Assembly: GCA_946056785.1 (NCBI GenBank)
Contig: CAMGKS010000001.1
Span: forward strand, 1-33,268
Direction: 5' to 3'
Source of the DNA: an uncultured Clostridia bacterium
Lineage (GTDB): Bacteria > Bacillota > Clostridia > Christensenellales > CAG-917
DNA length: 33,268 bases
In this document: piece by piece, positions 18,125 to 26,523 of the stretch
Layout of the letters: the number at the start of each line of letters is the position of its first letter
How positions within the stretch are numbered: the first letter of the stretch is position 1
Notes under the pieces: generated by a model
What the model saw: the letters and a program-made list of their open reading frames with translations, nothing else
Databases searched by the model: none
Told to the model about the DNA's origin: nothing
Program-made: the position numbers and the translations under genes

Positions 18125-19323
18125 AATTCCTCCGTTCGTATATATTCGATTTTGCCGTTTATAACGCTTAAAACGTTGAATCCGTACATTTCCATTCCTA
18201 TAAACGGCGTGTTAACGCTTTTTGACAATATTTCTTTTTCCGTATATTTTCTTTTGCCGCATACGTCTAAAACGCAAAACGTTGCTTTTTCGCCTACCGC
18301 TATCTTGTTCGGTTTTATTCCGACACGAGCGGCAACCGCTTTTGACGTTATCCTTTCTATATCGTTTAAAGACATCAGTCCCGTTTTGTAAAGAGTCGTT
18401 ATAAGCACGGGATAAAGAGTCTCAAAACCTATAATGCCGTACGGCGCTTTATCCCAACTCAACGACTTTTCTTCTCTTGTATGCGGAGCATGGTCTGTCG
18501 CCACAAAATCTGCAACGCCGCCGACTATTGCGTTGACGGTTGCAAGCATATCCTTTTTGCTTCTGAGCGGAGGATTCATTTTGAAATTGGCGTCCGTCGC
18601 TCCGCATGCCGCAAGCGACAAATGATGCGGCGTAACCTCGCAAGTTACGTCAACTTTGTCCGCCTTCGCCTGACGTACCAGCTCGAAACTTTCCGCCGTA
18701 GAAAGGTGGCAGAAATGATATTTCACTTTCGTTTCTTTTGCCAGAATAAGTTCTCTTTCTACCGCTTTGATTTCTGCAAGCGGCGTATCCGAATATCCTG
18801 CCGCCTCAGCGTGAGACGCAATAATCTTTCCCGTTTTTGCGACTCTTTGCATTCCTTCTTTTAAAACGGATAAATCGTTTACGCACTTTCCGTCGTCGGA
18901 AAAGGCAACGACTTTGTTTTGCAAACCTTCTATATCGCTTAATTCTTTTCCCTTTTCGCCGACAGTCAAAGATGCGTACGGCAAAATTTTTATGCGACTG
19001 TCTTTATCGATAATTTGTTTTTGCACTTTAAGATTTTTTACGCTGTCGGGTACCGGATTGAGATTAGGCATAGAAAAAGCGGTGAACACTCCGCCTTTTA
19101 CCGCACTTAAAGATTCCGTCGCAATCGTGCCTTTCGCCGTAAAGCCGGGATCTCTGAAATGAGCGTGGGCGTCTATCGCTCCGCCCGTCATGAAACCGCC
19201 TTTAAGGTCAAAACCTTCGCCTTTCAAATTTGAGTCGATTCTGACTATCGTGTCCTTTTCGATTTCAACGTCAACCGTTCTTTTTTCGCCATCAAAAAGG
19301 ACAAGTACGTTTTTAAAAATCAT
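18106..19323 (-). CDS. pyrC: Dihydroorotase
   Basis: Metal-binding DAHAHFR is present, along with later FVATDHAPH. The gene sits between pyrB and carA and forms an ATGA overlap with pyrB. Confidence 0.9.
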   Translation of the reverse strand: MIFKNVLVLFDGEKRTVDVEIEKDTIVRIDSNLKGEGFDLKGGFMTGGAIDAHAHFRDPGFTAKGTIATESLSAVKGGVFTAFSMPNLNPVPDSVKNLKVQKQIIDKDSRIKILPYASLTVGEKGKELSDIEGLQNKVVAFSDDGKCVNDLSVLKEGMQRVAKTGKIIASHAEAAGYSDTPLAEIKAVERELILAKETKVKYHFCHLSTAESFELVRQAKADKVDVTCEVTPHHLSLAACGATDANFKMNPPLRSKKDMLATVNAIVGGVADFVATDHAPHTREEKSLSWDKAPYGIIGFETLYPVLITTLYKTGLMSLNDIERITSKAVAARVGIKPNKIAVGEKATFCVLDVCGKRKYTEKEILSKSVNTPFIGMEMYGFNVLSVINGKIEYIRTEELCQTKF

Positions 19324-20195
19324 AACTTGTCCTCCAATACCATTGATATAACAGCCATTCTGACGAATACGCCGTTCGTCATTTGCTTGAATATTCTGCT
19401 TTTTTCACATTCTGCAACTTCACTTTGAATTTCTATTCCCCGATTAATAGGCGCGGGATGAATTATAATAGCTTTATCTTTCATTCTCGAAACTCTTTCA
19501 AGAGTCATGCCGTATTTTTTCAAATATTCCGCTTCGTTCATATCGAGCTTCTCGCTGTGACGCTCGAACTGAACTCTGAGTAAATTTATCACGTCGCATT
19601 TTTCAACAGCTTCGTCAAGGGATAAAACTTTTGCCGTATCGTCAAGCATCTCGTCAGGCCCTGCAATATAAACGTTCATTTTAAGTCTTTTCATAACTTC
19701 GGCATTGCCGTGAGCTACTCTGCTGTGTTTTATATCTCCGACAAGACAGACGTCGAGACCGTCGAAACGTCCGTATTCTTCATATATAGTCATAAGATCA
19801 AGTAAAGTTTGCGTCGGGTGATCGCTCTTTCCGTCGCCGCCGTTAAAAATAGGGATTCGGACAGAATCCAAATCCCTGTAATAACCGTCTTTACTATGAC
19901 GAACGACAACTCCGTCAACGCCCAACGCTTCAAACGTCTTTACCGTATCGTAAAGACTCTCACCCTTTGCAAGCGAAGAACCGACGCTGCTGAAAGAAAC
20001 AGGCGTGATGCCGAGTTTTATCATTGCCATCTGAAAGCTGTATTGCGTTCTCGTTGAATTTTCAAAAAACAAAGTCGCCATGCTCTTTCCCGGATAAGAA
20101 ACTTTTGTTTCTCCTCTTTTGAAACGTAAAGCAAGGTCGATAATTTCAATGATTTTTTCGGAACTTACCGTACTTAGAGTAAACAACCCTTTCAT
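19320..20195 (-). CDS. pyrB: Aspartate carbamoyltransferase catalytic chain
   Basis: The carbamoyl-phosphate site FFENSTRT is present, together with HPTQ, RVQFER and HPAPINRG. A GGAGA RBS precedes the start. Confidence 0.9.
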   Translation of the reverse strand: MKGLFTLSTVSSEKIIEIIDLALRFKRGETKVSYPGKSMATLFFENSTRTQYSFQMAMIKLGITPVSFSSVGSSLAKGESLYDTVKTFEALGVDGVVVRHSKDGYYRDLDSVRIPIFNGGDGKSDHPTQTLLDLMTIYEEYGRFDGLDVCLVGDIKHSRVAHGNAEVMKRLKMNVYIAGPDEMLDDTAKVLSLDEAVEKCDVINLLRVQFERHSEKLDMNEAEYLKKYGMTLERVSRMKDKAIIIHPAPINRGIEIQSEVAECEKSRIFKQMTNGVFVRMAVISMVLEDKL

Positions 20196-20222
20196 AATTC
20201 ATCTCCAGACTTTGTTTATCGA

Positions 20223-20251
20223 ATAATACCACAATTTGCAAATAATAGCAA
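20223..20251 (-). promoter_or_regulatory. SigA-type promoter (extended -10) for the pyr operon
   Basis: On the minus strand: TTGCTA (20251..20246), a 17-nt spacer ending in TGg, then TATTAT (20228..20223). It lies 27 nt upstream of the pyrB ATG. A weaker alternative is CTGACA-17-TAAATT at 20283..20255. Confidence 0.45.
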
Positions 20252-20303
20252 TCGAATTTAACCGTATGTCTAAATTTTGTCAGATTGCTTTTCGACAGGC
20301 AGG

Positions 20304-20332
20304 TTGACAACTTCGTTAAATACATATATCAT
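20304..20332 (+). promoter_or_regulatory. SigA-type promoter ending 6 nt before the lipoprotein GTG start
   Basis: TTGACA (20304-20309), a 17-nt spacer, TATCAT (20327-20332). The element lies inside the longest (TTG 20285) version of the ORF. Confidence 0.5.
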
Positions 20333-20338
20333 AAATTC

Positions 20339-21880
20339 GTGAAAAAGAAATTACCTTTAAACAAACTCTTGTTTATATTAATAGTGATATCTTTGATTGC
20401 CGCAGTTTTATCTGCATGCAACGGCGAAACTTCTTTTACCGTCAAATTTTTTGACGGCGGTATCCTTGTCAGCGAAAAAACCGTGACAAGCGGAGGAAGC
20501 GTTGTCGCCCCGCCGAATCCGAGTAAAGACGGCTATACCTTTTCAGGTTGGAAAGCAGGCGATAAAATCATAACCGACAGAATCATAAAGGACGTAAAAA
20601 GCGATCTCACACTTTATGCCGTTTACTCGGAAAACGAATATTCGTTGTCGGTGACGTGGGACAAAACAAAAGGTAACGTTATTATGCCGACGGAAACGAA
20701 ATACAAATACCGTCAATCGGTTGAAATCGAAGCCGTTCCTGAAAGCGGCTATGAATTTATCGGCTTTTTGTACGGAGACGTTTTAATTAAAGATAATCCT
20801 TACAACCTTTCTATGCCGCATTCCGACGTAACGTTGGAAGCCGTTTTCAGCGGCAAAAATACTTCCGTAAAACTTAACTCAAACGGAGGAACTTTTGCAA
20901 ACGATAAAACGGAACTTACTAAAGGAGCAACGTTCGGAGAAAGAGCCGCCTTCGAAACGCCTACTAAAAACGAGTGCGTGTTCGTCGGCTATTTTACAGA
21001 CGACGGCACTCAGATTACGTCAAGCGACGGCGTTGCCGAAAAATGGACTTTTTCAGGCAGTGAGATTACGCTTACTGCAAAATGGGAAACGGTCAAATAT
21101 TCCGTATCGCTTGTAACCGATGAATTGAAAGGTTCTGCCATTATCGGAAGCCAATACACCGTCACCTATAACTATAACGGAGCCGTTTCATCTTCCGCTA
21201 CAAGTGAGACGGTGAGTTTTTCAAATCCGCCAAAATTTAACTATGCCACAGGCAAAATCGACGATAAAGACGTCCTTTTGGTGGGATATTACACCGATGC
21301 GGAACTTACCGCTCTTTGGGACAGAAGCTACGTAACGTCGGACGTTACCTTATATGCAAAATGGTTTTCTACAAACGGAAATTATCATTTAAACGTCGGA
21401 ATGTTAAATACGTTTACTTTTTACAAAAACCAACAGAACAAATATAATATCTACTTCTCAACCGCAATGACAAATTCCGCAACGTTTAATTTCAGCGGCT
21501 CGGCAATTTATCAACTCAATTACGTTTTGAGAAAAGCAGACGGAACAACTCTTATTCCTAATAAAACCATTGAAATCAACACAACGGAACAGTCGCTCTC
21601 TTTTAACGACCTTGAAAGCGGCGAAGTATATCAATTAGAAATCGTTCCGACTTTCAAAAACACTTCAAAGGACAGAACTTTTTCAATTACTCAACAAAAA
21701 CCTGCCGACCTCCAACCGAAAACATCTTTCGACTCCGGTTCGCAAGTCACTGTGACGGCGGTAGCTAACGGGGAATCGGTCTTCGACGGTTGGTATGACG
21801 GCGACGTAAAAGTTTCGTCAGACCTTGTCTATATTTTCGATATTTCTAAAAACGTTTCTCTCGAAGCAAAATGGAAATAA
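20339..21880 (+). CDS. Lipoprotein with Listeria/Bacteroides-type (InlB B-repeat / Flg_new-like) repeat domains
   Basis: The GTG at 20339 gives a canonical lipoprotein signal, VKKKLPLNKLLFILIVISLIAAVLSAC, with lipobox LSAC. Repeat-unit signatures recur: GYTFSGWK...LYAVY, CVFVGYFTDDG...LTAKW and FDGWYDGD...LEAKW. Confidence 0.7.
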   Translation: MKKKLPLNKLLFILIVISLIAAVLSACNGETSFTVKFFDGGILVSEKTVTSGGSVVAPPNPSKDGYTFSGWKAGDKIITDRIIKDVKSDLTLYAVYSENEYSLSVTWDKTKGNVIMPTETKYKYRQSVEIEAVPESGYEFIGFLYGDVLIKDNPYNLSMPHSDVTLEAVFSGKNTSVKLNSNGGTFANDKTELTKGATFGERAAFETPTKNECVFVGYFTDDGTQITSSDGVAEKWTFSGSEITLTAKWETVKYSVSLVTDELKGSAIIGSQYTVTYNYNGAVSSSATSETVSFSNPPKFNYATGKIDDKDVLLVGYYTDAELTALWDRSYVTSDVTLYAKWFSTNGNYHLNVGMLNTFTFYKNQQNKYNIYFSTAMTNSATFNFSGSAIYQLNYVLRKADGTTLIPNKTIEINTTEQSLSFNDLESGEVYQLEIVPTFKNTSKDRTFSITQQKPADLQPKTSFDSGSQVTVTAVANGESVFDGWYDGDVKVSSDLVYIFDISKNVSLEAKWK

Positions 21881-22090
21881 CGTTTCCGTGACGCATTTCT
21901 GAAAAAGCGTTAATTTTAAAACGTGAAGGTTTTCTAAGCCGTGTTAAATTTTGCATAAAACGCTCTTACGGTAAGACAATTCGGTTCATCCCCTTTCCTG
22001 CCTTTTTATTCTGTGTCAATTCATTATACGGCAGATTTTGTTTGAGCGGTTTTTCGGGCGTCGCAGTTTATGGCACAATTGCCGAATAAT

Positions 22091-22122
22091 AAAAAAGAGT
22101 ATATTTTCATATACTCTTTTTG
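22091..22122. terminator. Bidirectional rho-independent terminator
   Basis: The layout is A6 - gagtatat - tttc - atatactc - T5. It lies 43 nt past the stop of the HD gene on the minus strand and about 210 nt past the lipoprotein gene on the plus strand. Confidence 0.7.
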
Positions 22123-22164
22123 TAACATGTTTTCGTTTAACGAAAAATTTTTATTGCTTTATTT

Positions 22165-22710
22165 TTACTCGGATTCCCAATTTTGGTTTTTAATAAATTC
22201 TTTATAATCGGCAATCTTGATTTTTAATATATCGGCGAGATTTCCGTCCGCCCAACCCATCATATCCAATATTGTTTGCGATTCGGCGATATAGCGTTCA
22301 TTCCATTCTTTGCCCTTTACCGTACTAGGTCTTGAAATATTATGAATTCTGTCTGCCAGTTTTATTATAGACGCTTCTGAAGATAACGCAATATTTTTAA
22401 AATATTTCATCTGCCCATCACTTTGCTCTTTGTCGAAATCTTTTGTCAGCAATGCTACAATCTCTGCAACTTTTTCACCGAATCTGCCTGAAATATCGGA
22501 TAGCGTTACTTTAGTATCTTCTACGGAATCATGCAACAGCGTTGCGATTAAAACATCGGTCGTACATTGTGGTACATTTTCTAATACTATATTATAAGTA
22601 GCTACCAAATGATTGATATACGGCTCTTTTATTCCGAAACGGAATTGCCCTTTATGTGCTTTCAGAGCAAATTCATAAGCTTCGTTTATTTTTTCGTTTT
22701 TAAATTCCAT
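22165..22710 (-). CDS. Small HD-domain (p)ppGpp-hydrolase-like protein (RelA/SpoT hydrolase domain only; SAH/Mesh1-like)
   Basis: 181 aa. KAHKGQFR..EPYINHLVAT, ATLLHDSVEDT, FGEKVAEIVALLTKD and IIKLADRIHNI follow the order and wording of the RelA/SpoT hydrolase-domain motifs. There is no synthetase domain. Confidence 0.7.
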   Translation of the reverse strand: MEFKNEKINEAYEFALKAHKGQFRFGIKEPYINHLVATYNIVLENVPQCTTDVLIATLLHDSVEDTKVTLSDISGRFGEKVAEIVALLTKDFDKEQSDGQMKYFKNIALSSEASIIKLADRIHNISRPSTVKGKEWNERYIAESQTILDMMGWADGNLADILKIKIADYKEFIKNQNWESE

Positions 22711-22752
22711 TGTCGCCTTGTAGTCATCGTTCCATTCTTACGCCGTTTCGTT

Positions 22753-24036
22753 TCAGTCAAGCTCGCCCTTTTTTACGTAGAAATATTGTTCTCTGTCTGC
22801 ACCGACCGAAACAAGCGTTATCGGAGCGTTTAAGCCTTTTTGTAAAAACTTAAGATATTCTTTTGCATTCTTCGGAAGTTCTTCAAACGACTTGCAATTC
22901 GATATGTCCTCGCCCCAACCGTCCAGATATTCAATAATAGGTTTGCAATCGTCAAGTAATTCCGGATAAGGGAAATCGTCAAGTCTTTTCCCTTCAAATT
23001 CATACGCTACGCAAACCGGAATTTTATCGAGCTTCGATAATACGTCGATTTTTGTTATGGCAATTTCCGTTGCCGCCTGCATATCGATTCCGTATCTTGT
23101 CGCAGGAAAATCAAAGCCGCCGACTCTTCTCGGTCTTCCCGTTGCCGCACCATATTCGCCGCCCGCCTGTCTTAAAAATTCCGCTTCGTCTCCGAACATT
23201 TCGCATACAAACGGTCCTTCGCCGACGGCACTCGAATAAGCTTTAACTATTCCTATAACGCTGTCCAACTTCAAAGACGGGCAACCGCTGCCTATCGGAG
23301 CATATGCGGAAATTACGTTTGACGACGACGTATAAGGAGTAATGCCGAAATCGATATCTTTCAACGCTCCGAGCTGCGCTTCGAACATTATATTCTTTTT
23401 CTGCTTTTGTGCGTCAAGTAAAAATTTGTTAGTATCTTTGATATACGGCACAAATTCTTTTCCGTACTGCTTTAAATAGTCAATCATTTCGTCGGCGTCT
23501 ATTTCTTTGCCGTAACTTTTAAACAAAAGATTTTTCCATTCTACAAGGTCTTTGACTTTCTGTTCGAGTTTCGTGCTGTATAAAAGGTCGCCCATATGAA
23601 TTGTTTTTTTCATATATTTATCGGAATATATAGGTCCGATACCTCTTCTGGTAGAACCGAATTTCTTGCCTTGCAAACGGTCTTCTTCAAGACAATCTTG
23701 CATTACGTCGTACGGCATACAGATAACCGCTCTGTCTGAAATGATAAGATTTCTCGGCGTTACGCTTATGCCGCCTTCGTAAAGGCGTTTTACTTCGCCC
23801 GACAAATGCTTTAAATCGATAACCATTCCGCTGCCCATAACGCACGTTACGTCGTCACGGAGAATGCCTGACGGCAATAAATTCAATATGAACTTTCCTT
23901 TTTCGTTTATAACGGTATGTCCTGCATTGTTGCCGCCTTGATAACGCACTACCACGTCAAAATCGCTTGACAAAAGGTCAACCATTCTTCCTTTGCCTTC
24001 GTCACCCCAATTAATTCCGACTATTGCTGTATTCAT
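22753..24036 (-). CDS. purA: Adenylosuccinate synthetase
   Basis: The P-loop GINWGDEGKGRMVDLL is present, with GGNNAGHT and GTTRRG-like STRRGIGP. AGGAGA lies upstream, and the start forms an ATGA overlap with the purB stop. Confidence 0.95.
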   Translation of the reverse strand: MNTAIVGINWGDEGKGRMVDLLSSDFDVVVRYQGGNNAGHTVINEKGKFILNLLPSGILRDDVTCVMGSGMVIDLKHLSGEVKRLYEGGISVTPRNLIISDRAVICMPYDVMQDCLEEDRLQGKKFGSTRRGIGPIYSDKYMKKTIHMGDLLYSTKLEQKVKDLVEWKNLLFKSYGKEIDADEMIDYLKQYGKEFVPYIKDTNKFLLDAQKQKKNIMFEAQLGALKDIDFGITPYTSSSNVISAYAPIGSGCPSLKLDSVIGIVKAYSSAVGEGPFVCEMFGDEAEFLRQAGGEYGAATGRPRRVGGFDFPATRYGIDMQAATEIAITKIDVLSKLDKIPVCVAYEFEGKRLDDFPYPELLDDCKPIIEYLDGWGEDISNCKSFEELPKNAKEYLKFLQKGLNAPITLVSVGADREQYFYVKKGELD

Positions 24037-25433
24037 TTTTTCTCCTTTTTGAGGACAGGTAAAACCTCTCCTGAAATATACTCTTCGGTCTGCCGACTTG
24101 CTCTGCCTATATAAAGTTTCGCGTCCATCGCTTTGTCGATTAAATCTTTATACGGTTTAAACGCTTCTTTTTGTTTTAGTCTGTCGATAAGATCGTTTTC
24201 TTTTCCTTCGACTTTTACGTGCGATGCCGCTTCCATACTGCATTCTCTTATAGCTTCATGCAACGTCTGACGGTCGCCGCCTGCCTTTACGCAATCCATA
24301 AGAATGTTTTCCGTTGCCATAAACGGCAATTCTTCCGCAACGTGCTTTTCTATAATCTTTGGATACACAACCATTCCGGTTGTGACTTTATCCATCAAAA
24401 GCAATACCGAATCTGCCGTTAAAAACGCCTCGCTGTTTGTTATCCTTCGGTTTGCGCTGTCGTCAAGCGTACGCTCGAACCACTGAGTCGCCGCAGTCAT
24501 TGCCGGATTTTGCGGAAGGCTTATAAGATAACGGCTTAAAGCGCATATCCTTTCGCTAAGCATAGGATTGCGTTTGTATGCCATCGCCGACGAGCCTACC
24601 TGCTTTTTGCCGAACGGCTCTTCCATTTCTTTTTTGCTTTGCAAAATTCGTAAATCGTTTGCGAACTTAGATGCGCTTTGCGCAATTCCGGAAAGAACGG
24701 ATAATATTTCAAAATCATATTTTCTCGGATAGGTTTGTCCGCTGACGGAAAAACTTCTCTTAAATCCCATTTCGTTTACGACCATTTCGTTGAGCTTTTT
24801 AACCTTTTCATGATCGCCGTTGAACAATTCCAAAAAGCTCGCCTGCGTTCCGGTCGTGCCTTTTATGCCACGCAGTCTGAACCCGTCGAGTATATAATCG
24901 ATATTTTCAAGGTCCATCATAAATTCCTGAACGTAAAGCGTAGCTCTCTTTCCGACGGTAGTCAGCTGCGCCGCCTGCAGATGCGTAAACCCAAGCGTCG
25001 GCATATCTTTATGCTTTAAGGCAAAATCGGACAGATTGTCTATCACTTTAACAAGTCTCGCTCTTATAAGAAGCAACGCTCTGTGCATCATAATAAGCTC
25101 GCTGTTGTCGGTCACAAAGCAGCTTGTAGCGCCGAGGTGAATTATCGGTTTTGCTTTCGGGCACAATAGTCCCAGGGCATAGATATGACTCATAACGTCG
25201 TGATGAATTTCTTTTTCTTTATTCAAAGCGTCGTCATAGTTGATATCGTCAAGATGCATTTCTAACTCGGCAATCTGCTCGTCTGTGATGTCAAGTCCTA
25301 ACGCTTTTTCCGACTTCGCGAGAGCAAGCCACAATCTTCTCCAAAGCCCGAATCTGGTGTCGTCGGCAAAAATCGTCTGCATTTCTGTTGACGAATAACG
25401 TGTGCAAAGAGGATTTTCATACAAAGGTTTCAT
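24033..25433 (-). CDS. purB: Adenylosuccinate lyase
   Basis: The fumarate-lyase signature SSAMAYKRNP is present in a 466-aa product. A GGAGG RBS lies at 25442..25438. Confidence 0.95.
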   Translation of the reverse strand: MKPLYENPLCTRYSSTEMQTIFADDTRFGLWRRLWLALAKSEKALGLDITDEQIAELEMHLDDINYDDALNKEKEIHHDVMSHIYALGLLCPKAKPIIHLGATSCFVTDNSELIMMHRALLLIRARLVKVIDNLSDFALKHKDMPTLGFTHLQAAQLTTVGKRATLYVQEFMMDLENIDYILDGFRLRGIKGTTGTQASFLELFNGDHEKVKKLNEMVVNEMGFKRSFSVSGQTYPRKYDFEILSVLSGIAQSASKFANDLRILQSKKEMEEPFGKKQVGSSAMAYKRNPMLSERICALSRYLISLPQNPAMTAATQWFERTLDDSANRRITNSEAFLTADSVLLLMDKVTTGMVVYPKIIEKHVAEELPFMATENILMDCVKAGGDRQTLHEAIRECSMEAASHVKVEGKENDLIDRLKQKEAFKPYKDLIDKAMDAKLYIGRASRQTEEYISGEVLPVLKKEKK

Positions 25434-25442
25434 ACCGCCTCC

Positions 25443-25485
25443 AAAAAAAATACGCCAAGCTACGGGGTAACCCGCAAGTCGGCGT
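25443..25485 (-). terminator. Intrinsic-terminator-like hairpin plus U8 tract immediately upstream of the purB RBS
   Basis: On the minus strand the sequence is acgccgacttgcggg-ttac-cccgtagcttggcgt. The outer stem is 5 perfect bp and the inner stem is GC-rich, with one mismatch and G-U pairs. T8 (25450..25443) follows and runs straight into GGAGG. Confidence 0.6.
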
Positions 25486-25525
25486 TTAATATTTGTCTTA
25501 TTGTCGATATCGTTTTCACTATTAG

Positions 25526-25554
25526 ATAATAGACTAATATATTCATTTTGTCAA
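25526..25554 (-). promoter_or_regulatory. Consensus SigA-type promoter overlapping the amidohydrolase stop codon
   Basis: On the minus strand: TTGACA (25554..25549, containing the TGA stop), a 17-nt spacer, TATTAT (25531..25526). It lies about 40 nt upstream of the terminator hairpin. Confidence 0.55.
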
Positions 25555-26399
25555 ACGTTTCCGCCCGTAAGCGATAAAAATCGCAAGGCGTTTTGATACA
25601 ATATTTTTTCGTTGTCGGAATCGGACAATCTCAAACCGTAAAAGCGTTCCAACTCCTTGTCGTGTTCCCACATAGGAAAATCGACGCCGAACATAAATTT
25701 TTCGATGCCGAGCATTTTTATAATTTTTCTTGCCTGTTCACCCGGAAGTTTAAACAACGTGCTTGACGTGTCGAAAAACATATTGTCAAGTCCTTTATAA
25801 ACCTCCACTTCGTCCCAACGTCCGTATCCGCCGAAATGAGCCCCGATAGATATAAGATTAGGATGCCTTTTCGCTACCCTGCTCATTCTGAGCGGCGATG
25901 AAAAATCATAACGAGGGTCGCCCGTATGGAACAAAATCGGCAACTTGCCTTCTACTTGTCTATAAATCTTTTCGGCTCTGTCTTCGTCGATAAAAAATCT
26001 TTGAAAATCAGGGTGAAGCTTTATGCCGTGAAGTCCCATCCCCTTTACTCTTTCGACTTCTTTTGCAATTTCTTCTTCCGTCATATCGGGATGCAAAGTT
26101 GCAAAGCCTATAAATTCTCCGTGCAACTTGCACTCGCCGCATATAAAATTATTGATTGATTCTACCTGTTCCGGTTTCGTCGCAGTTGAGTGTACTACGT
26201 ATTTTTCGACGCCTATCTTCCCGCCGCTTGCAATGAGATTTTCGCTTGTACCGTTGCCGCCCACCATTGAGATACCGTAAAACGACCCTATTGATTCGAC
26301 GGCTTTTTTCGCTATTTTTTCAGGATAGATGTGTGCGTGTATATCGATTATTTTATCCATAACAGATATTTTATGCTTAACTTTTAGATAAGTCAACAT
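25551..26399 (-). CDS. Metal-dependent amidohydrolase-family (TIM-barrel) hydrolase
   Basis: The N-terminal metal motif IIDIHAHIYPE is present, with later HTGDP and GVDFPMWE, as in the amidohydrolase-2 type. The start is uncertain between ATG 26399 and ATG 26360 (MDKIIDIHAH). Neither has a good SD. Confidence 0.65.
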   Translation of the reverse strand: MLTYLKVKHKISVMDKIIDIHAHIYPEKIAKKAVESIGSFYGISMVGGNGTSENLIASGGKIGVEKYVVHSTATKPEQVESINNFICGECKLHGEFIGFATLHPDMTEEEIAKEVERVKGMGLHGIKLHPDFQRFFIDEDRAEKIYRQVEGKLPILFHTGDPRYDFSSPLRMSRVAKRHPNLISIGAHFGGYGRWDEVEVYKGLDNMFFDTSSTLFKLPGEQARKIIKMLGIEKFMFGVDFPMWEHDKELERFYGLRLSDSDNEKILYQNALRFLSLTGGNV

Positions 26400-26523
26400 T
26401 TTATTTCGCTTATTATCTAAATTTACCTTAGTTAATCGAAACTTAAAATCGTTAAAAATTTTTTCCGTTTAACTTTTTACGCATATTTCCCCAAAAAAGA
26501 AAAAAGATAAGTTAAGGACAATT

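Noticed and set aside
20196-20300. PyrR-binding loop or attenuator upstream of pyrB, and also in the pyrF-pyrE gap (11398-11527).
   Set aside because: There is no terminator/antiterminator pair and no PyrR-box-like stem-loop. The aggcg-tttatc-cgcct hairpin near 11480 has no U-tract.
21881-22090. Non-coding stretch of 210 nt between the lipoprotein gene and the bidirectional terminator. I checked it for tRNA-like arms, riboswitch cores, small ORFs with an RBS, and repeats.
   Set aside because: Nothing convincing was found. It contains only 4-5 bp palindromes and an SD-less short ORF that runs antisense into the HD gene.
25434-25525. Purine, ZTP (pfl), PRPP or preQ1 riboswitch, or a PurR PurBox, in the purB leader.
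   Set aside because: The leader is only about 85 nt. I cannot find the conserved cores as I remember them. There is no three-way junction with the purine-riboswitch loop sequences, no GGGUCGUGAC/CCGCCUGGGC-type pfl elements, and no AWWWCCGAACWWT box. A covariance-model scan would be needed to be certain.
26400-26523. Forespore (SigG/SigF-type) promoter upstream of the gerA-like operon. The candidate is GCATA at 26481-26485 followed about 18 nt later by aagataa.
   Set aside because: The -10 candidate lacks the CATnnTA core, so the match is too weak to call. No SigA-type promoter is obvious either.
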